64,000 bases of DNA from assembly GCA_004022145.1 (NCBI GenBank), contig RCNU01000001.1. One strand, given 5' to 3'. Positions 62,480 to 64,000 of this stretch are shown here, piece by piece (position 1 is the first letter of the stretch; each line of letters opens with the position of its first letter). This stretch comes from Paecilomyces variotii (taxonomy: Eukaryota). Under the pieces are notes generated by a model. It saw nothing but the letters and a program-made list of their open reading frames with translations, was not told the origin of the DNA and made no database searches. Made by a program: the position numbers and the translations under genes.

Positions 62480-64000
62480 TAGGGCGTTTTATACCCCGGA
62501 CGGAGCCAAGCCCAACTCTAATCCTCCTAGAAGCTTAACCGGTCAGTTGACTAGCTAATTGGTTGGTCGATTGTCAGTTACTTGAATAGGTCAGCTAGTT
62601 AGAGTTACAGTATTAGAGGATTTTAGCAACCGCCCCACAGCAGCACTACAATATAAGATTCTGCCGGCAAAATGCCTAATTAGGACATTATATAACTCTA
62701 AAATTTAGTAATTTAAATATAACGCTATCTGAGCAGAATAGTAGTTCTAAGCAACTTCCCCTTTAAATAGTAATGCTGGCATTAAATATATTATTTAAAC
62801 TATTAATATACTAGAATTTAATTAATCAGATGCTTATATTATTATTATCCTAATGCTTATATATATTTTTTTTAAACTAGATACACCTTGGAGATATATT
62901 ATTAAAGCAATTCTTTATTATATATTTTTATAATTCGATTTAGTAATTTTATCTGATATTATTGTTATATAGTAGCTTTAATTAGCCCCTTTAAATTAGT
63001 AGGCTATATAGGATCTTATATTAATTATATAGAAGATTTAATAGGGATAAAATCTAAGCTATTCTCTTTTATCTTAAACTTAATATAGTTATCTGGAGGA
63101 ATTATATTAACCCCTCTTTAGAGATAATATTTAGTATTCTACTTACTTATTTATCCTAGCCTTATAAAGGTATAGATTATAAATTCTTTTTTAGATATTT
63201 AAAATTATAGATTTTATTAGTTTTTAATAATATATTATAATATATCTATAGACAGTTTAAGGATATTATCTCTTAATATCTGCTTTTAACCTATAATTAT
63301 ATATAATACTATGCAGATACCCTTAAAATTATTAATAGTATAAAAAATATCTAGGGGTTTATTAATAGAACCTTTTAATTTATATGCCGATTTAATTAGA
63401 ATTAATATTTCTTTTACTCCGGCTATAAAAAAGATTATAAATTTAAATATTAAGATATTGCTACTCCTAATAAGATAATACTATCTTATATAGGACTATT
63501 TAAAGAGAAAGTAAATAACTATACCCTGTTTAAAAAAATATAAATAAAAGAATACTTTAAAGCTCTACTTTATAATTAAAGCCAGACTTTATATCTATAT
63601 AGAGATTCTATATATAATGCAGCATATTGTATTATAACTCTATATAGGCAGATTAGGATCTTAATGCCTTCAGAGATAAACTTTAATATAAAGCTATCCT
63701 CAGACTGTATATTAGTAGAATAAGTATTTAGCATTATATAGACCTATTAGCATATAAATGCCTTAAATATTAATCTATAACTAGTTAAGCAGGCAGTAGC
63801 TATAATCTATGCTATATCTATTCTCCTAATAAATATTATAATATATTTATAGGGGAATTTAATTAGTTCTCGCTATATTATATAACCTTTTTTATTAGAT
63901 GATTATCTGCGACCGATCCCTATTTCTCTTAGTGATATAAATGCCCTAGAATCTCCCTAATATTATATCTAAGCTTAAGGAATTTGCTTAAGCTAATTAT
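62480..64000 (+). mobile_element. RIP-degraded PIF/Harbinger DNA transposon (DDE_Tnp_4/HARBI1-like transposase relic)
   Basis: Strongly AT/TpA-rich. Frame +1 reads NI*GFINRT (63346), FYSGYKK..FKY*DIATPN (63412), LYLYRDSIY (63589), FNIKLSSDCILVE*VF (63682), *GNLISSRY (63850). These equal WGFIDGT, YSGHK..FKYQ..TPDG, LYGDxAY, FN..LS..RI.VE..F, RGN..S after reversing C>T/G>A. The left boundary is approximate. Confidence 0.85.

Noticed and set aside
1..64000. tRNA, rRNA, TPP riboswitch, telomerase template, CRISPR, Starship captain recombinase
   Set aside because: No convincing signatures found by eye; tRNAscan/Infernal were not run.

Overview
Gene-dense, intron-containing DNA from a filamentous ascomycete. 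Gene set, intron style and intergenic motifs look Eurotiales-like (Aspergillus/Penicillium/Paecilomyces type); this is an inference. Bases 1 to ~57.7 kb hold about 22 mostly conserved housekeeping genes: RWD/Gir2 (partial), Acl4-like TPR chaperone, Sir2-family deacetylase, Trm11, a HIT protein, cyclin B, mitochondrial uL2, a Zn2Cys6 factor, THO/Tex1 WD40, Dal5-type permease, Rpp40, an unknown protein, Dna2, complex I ESSS subunit, Nit-family amidase, Dis3, an MCH-type MFS transporter, a LIM protein, Trm8, Vps25, a multi-BRCT protein, a PTS1 alpha/beta hydrolase and an alkaline ceramidase. One LTR+gag remnant (~23.0-24.1 kb) sits in the permease promoter. After ~58 kb no intact gene remains: there are two pseudogenes (one a secreted NucA/NucB-type DNase) and an AT-rich, RIP-degraded PIF/Harbinger transposase that can be read in frame +1 once transitions are reversed. 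I found no clearly new multi-gene system. The best leads are RIP leakage into the flanking genes, the gag-only ORF that escaped heavy RIP, a possible mitochondrial Trm8 isoform, and recurring unassigned promoter motifs. All exon coordinates were read by eye, and no searches were run.
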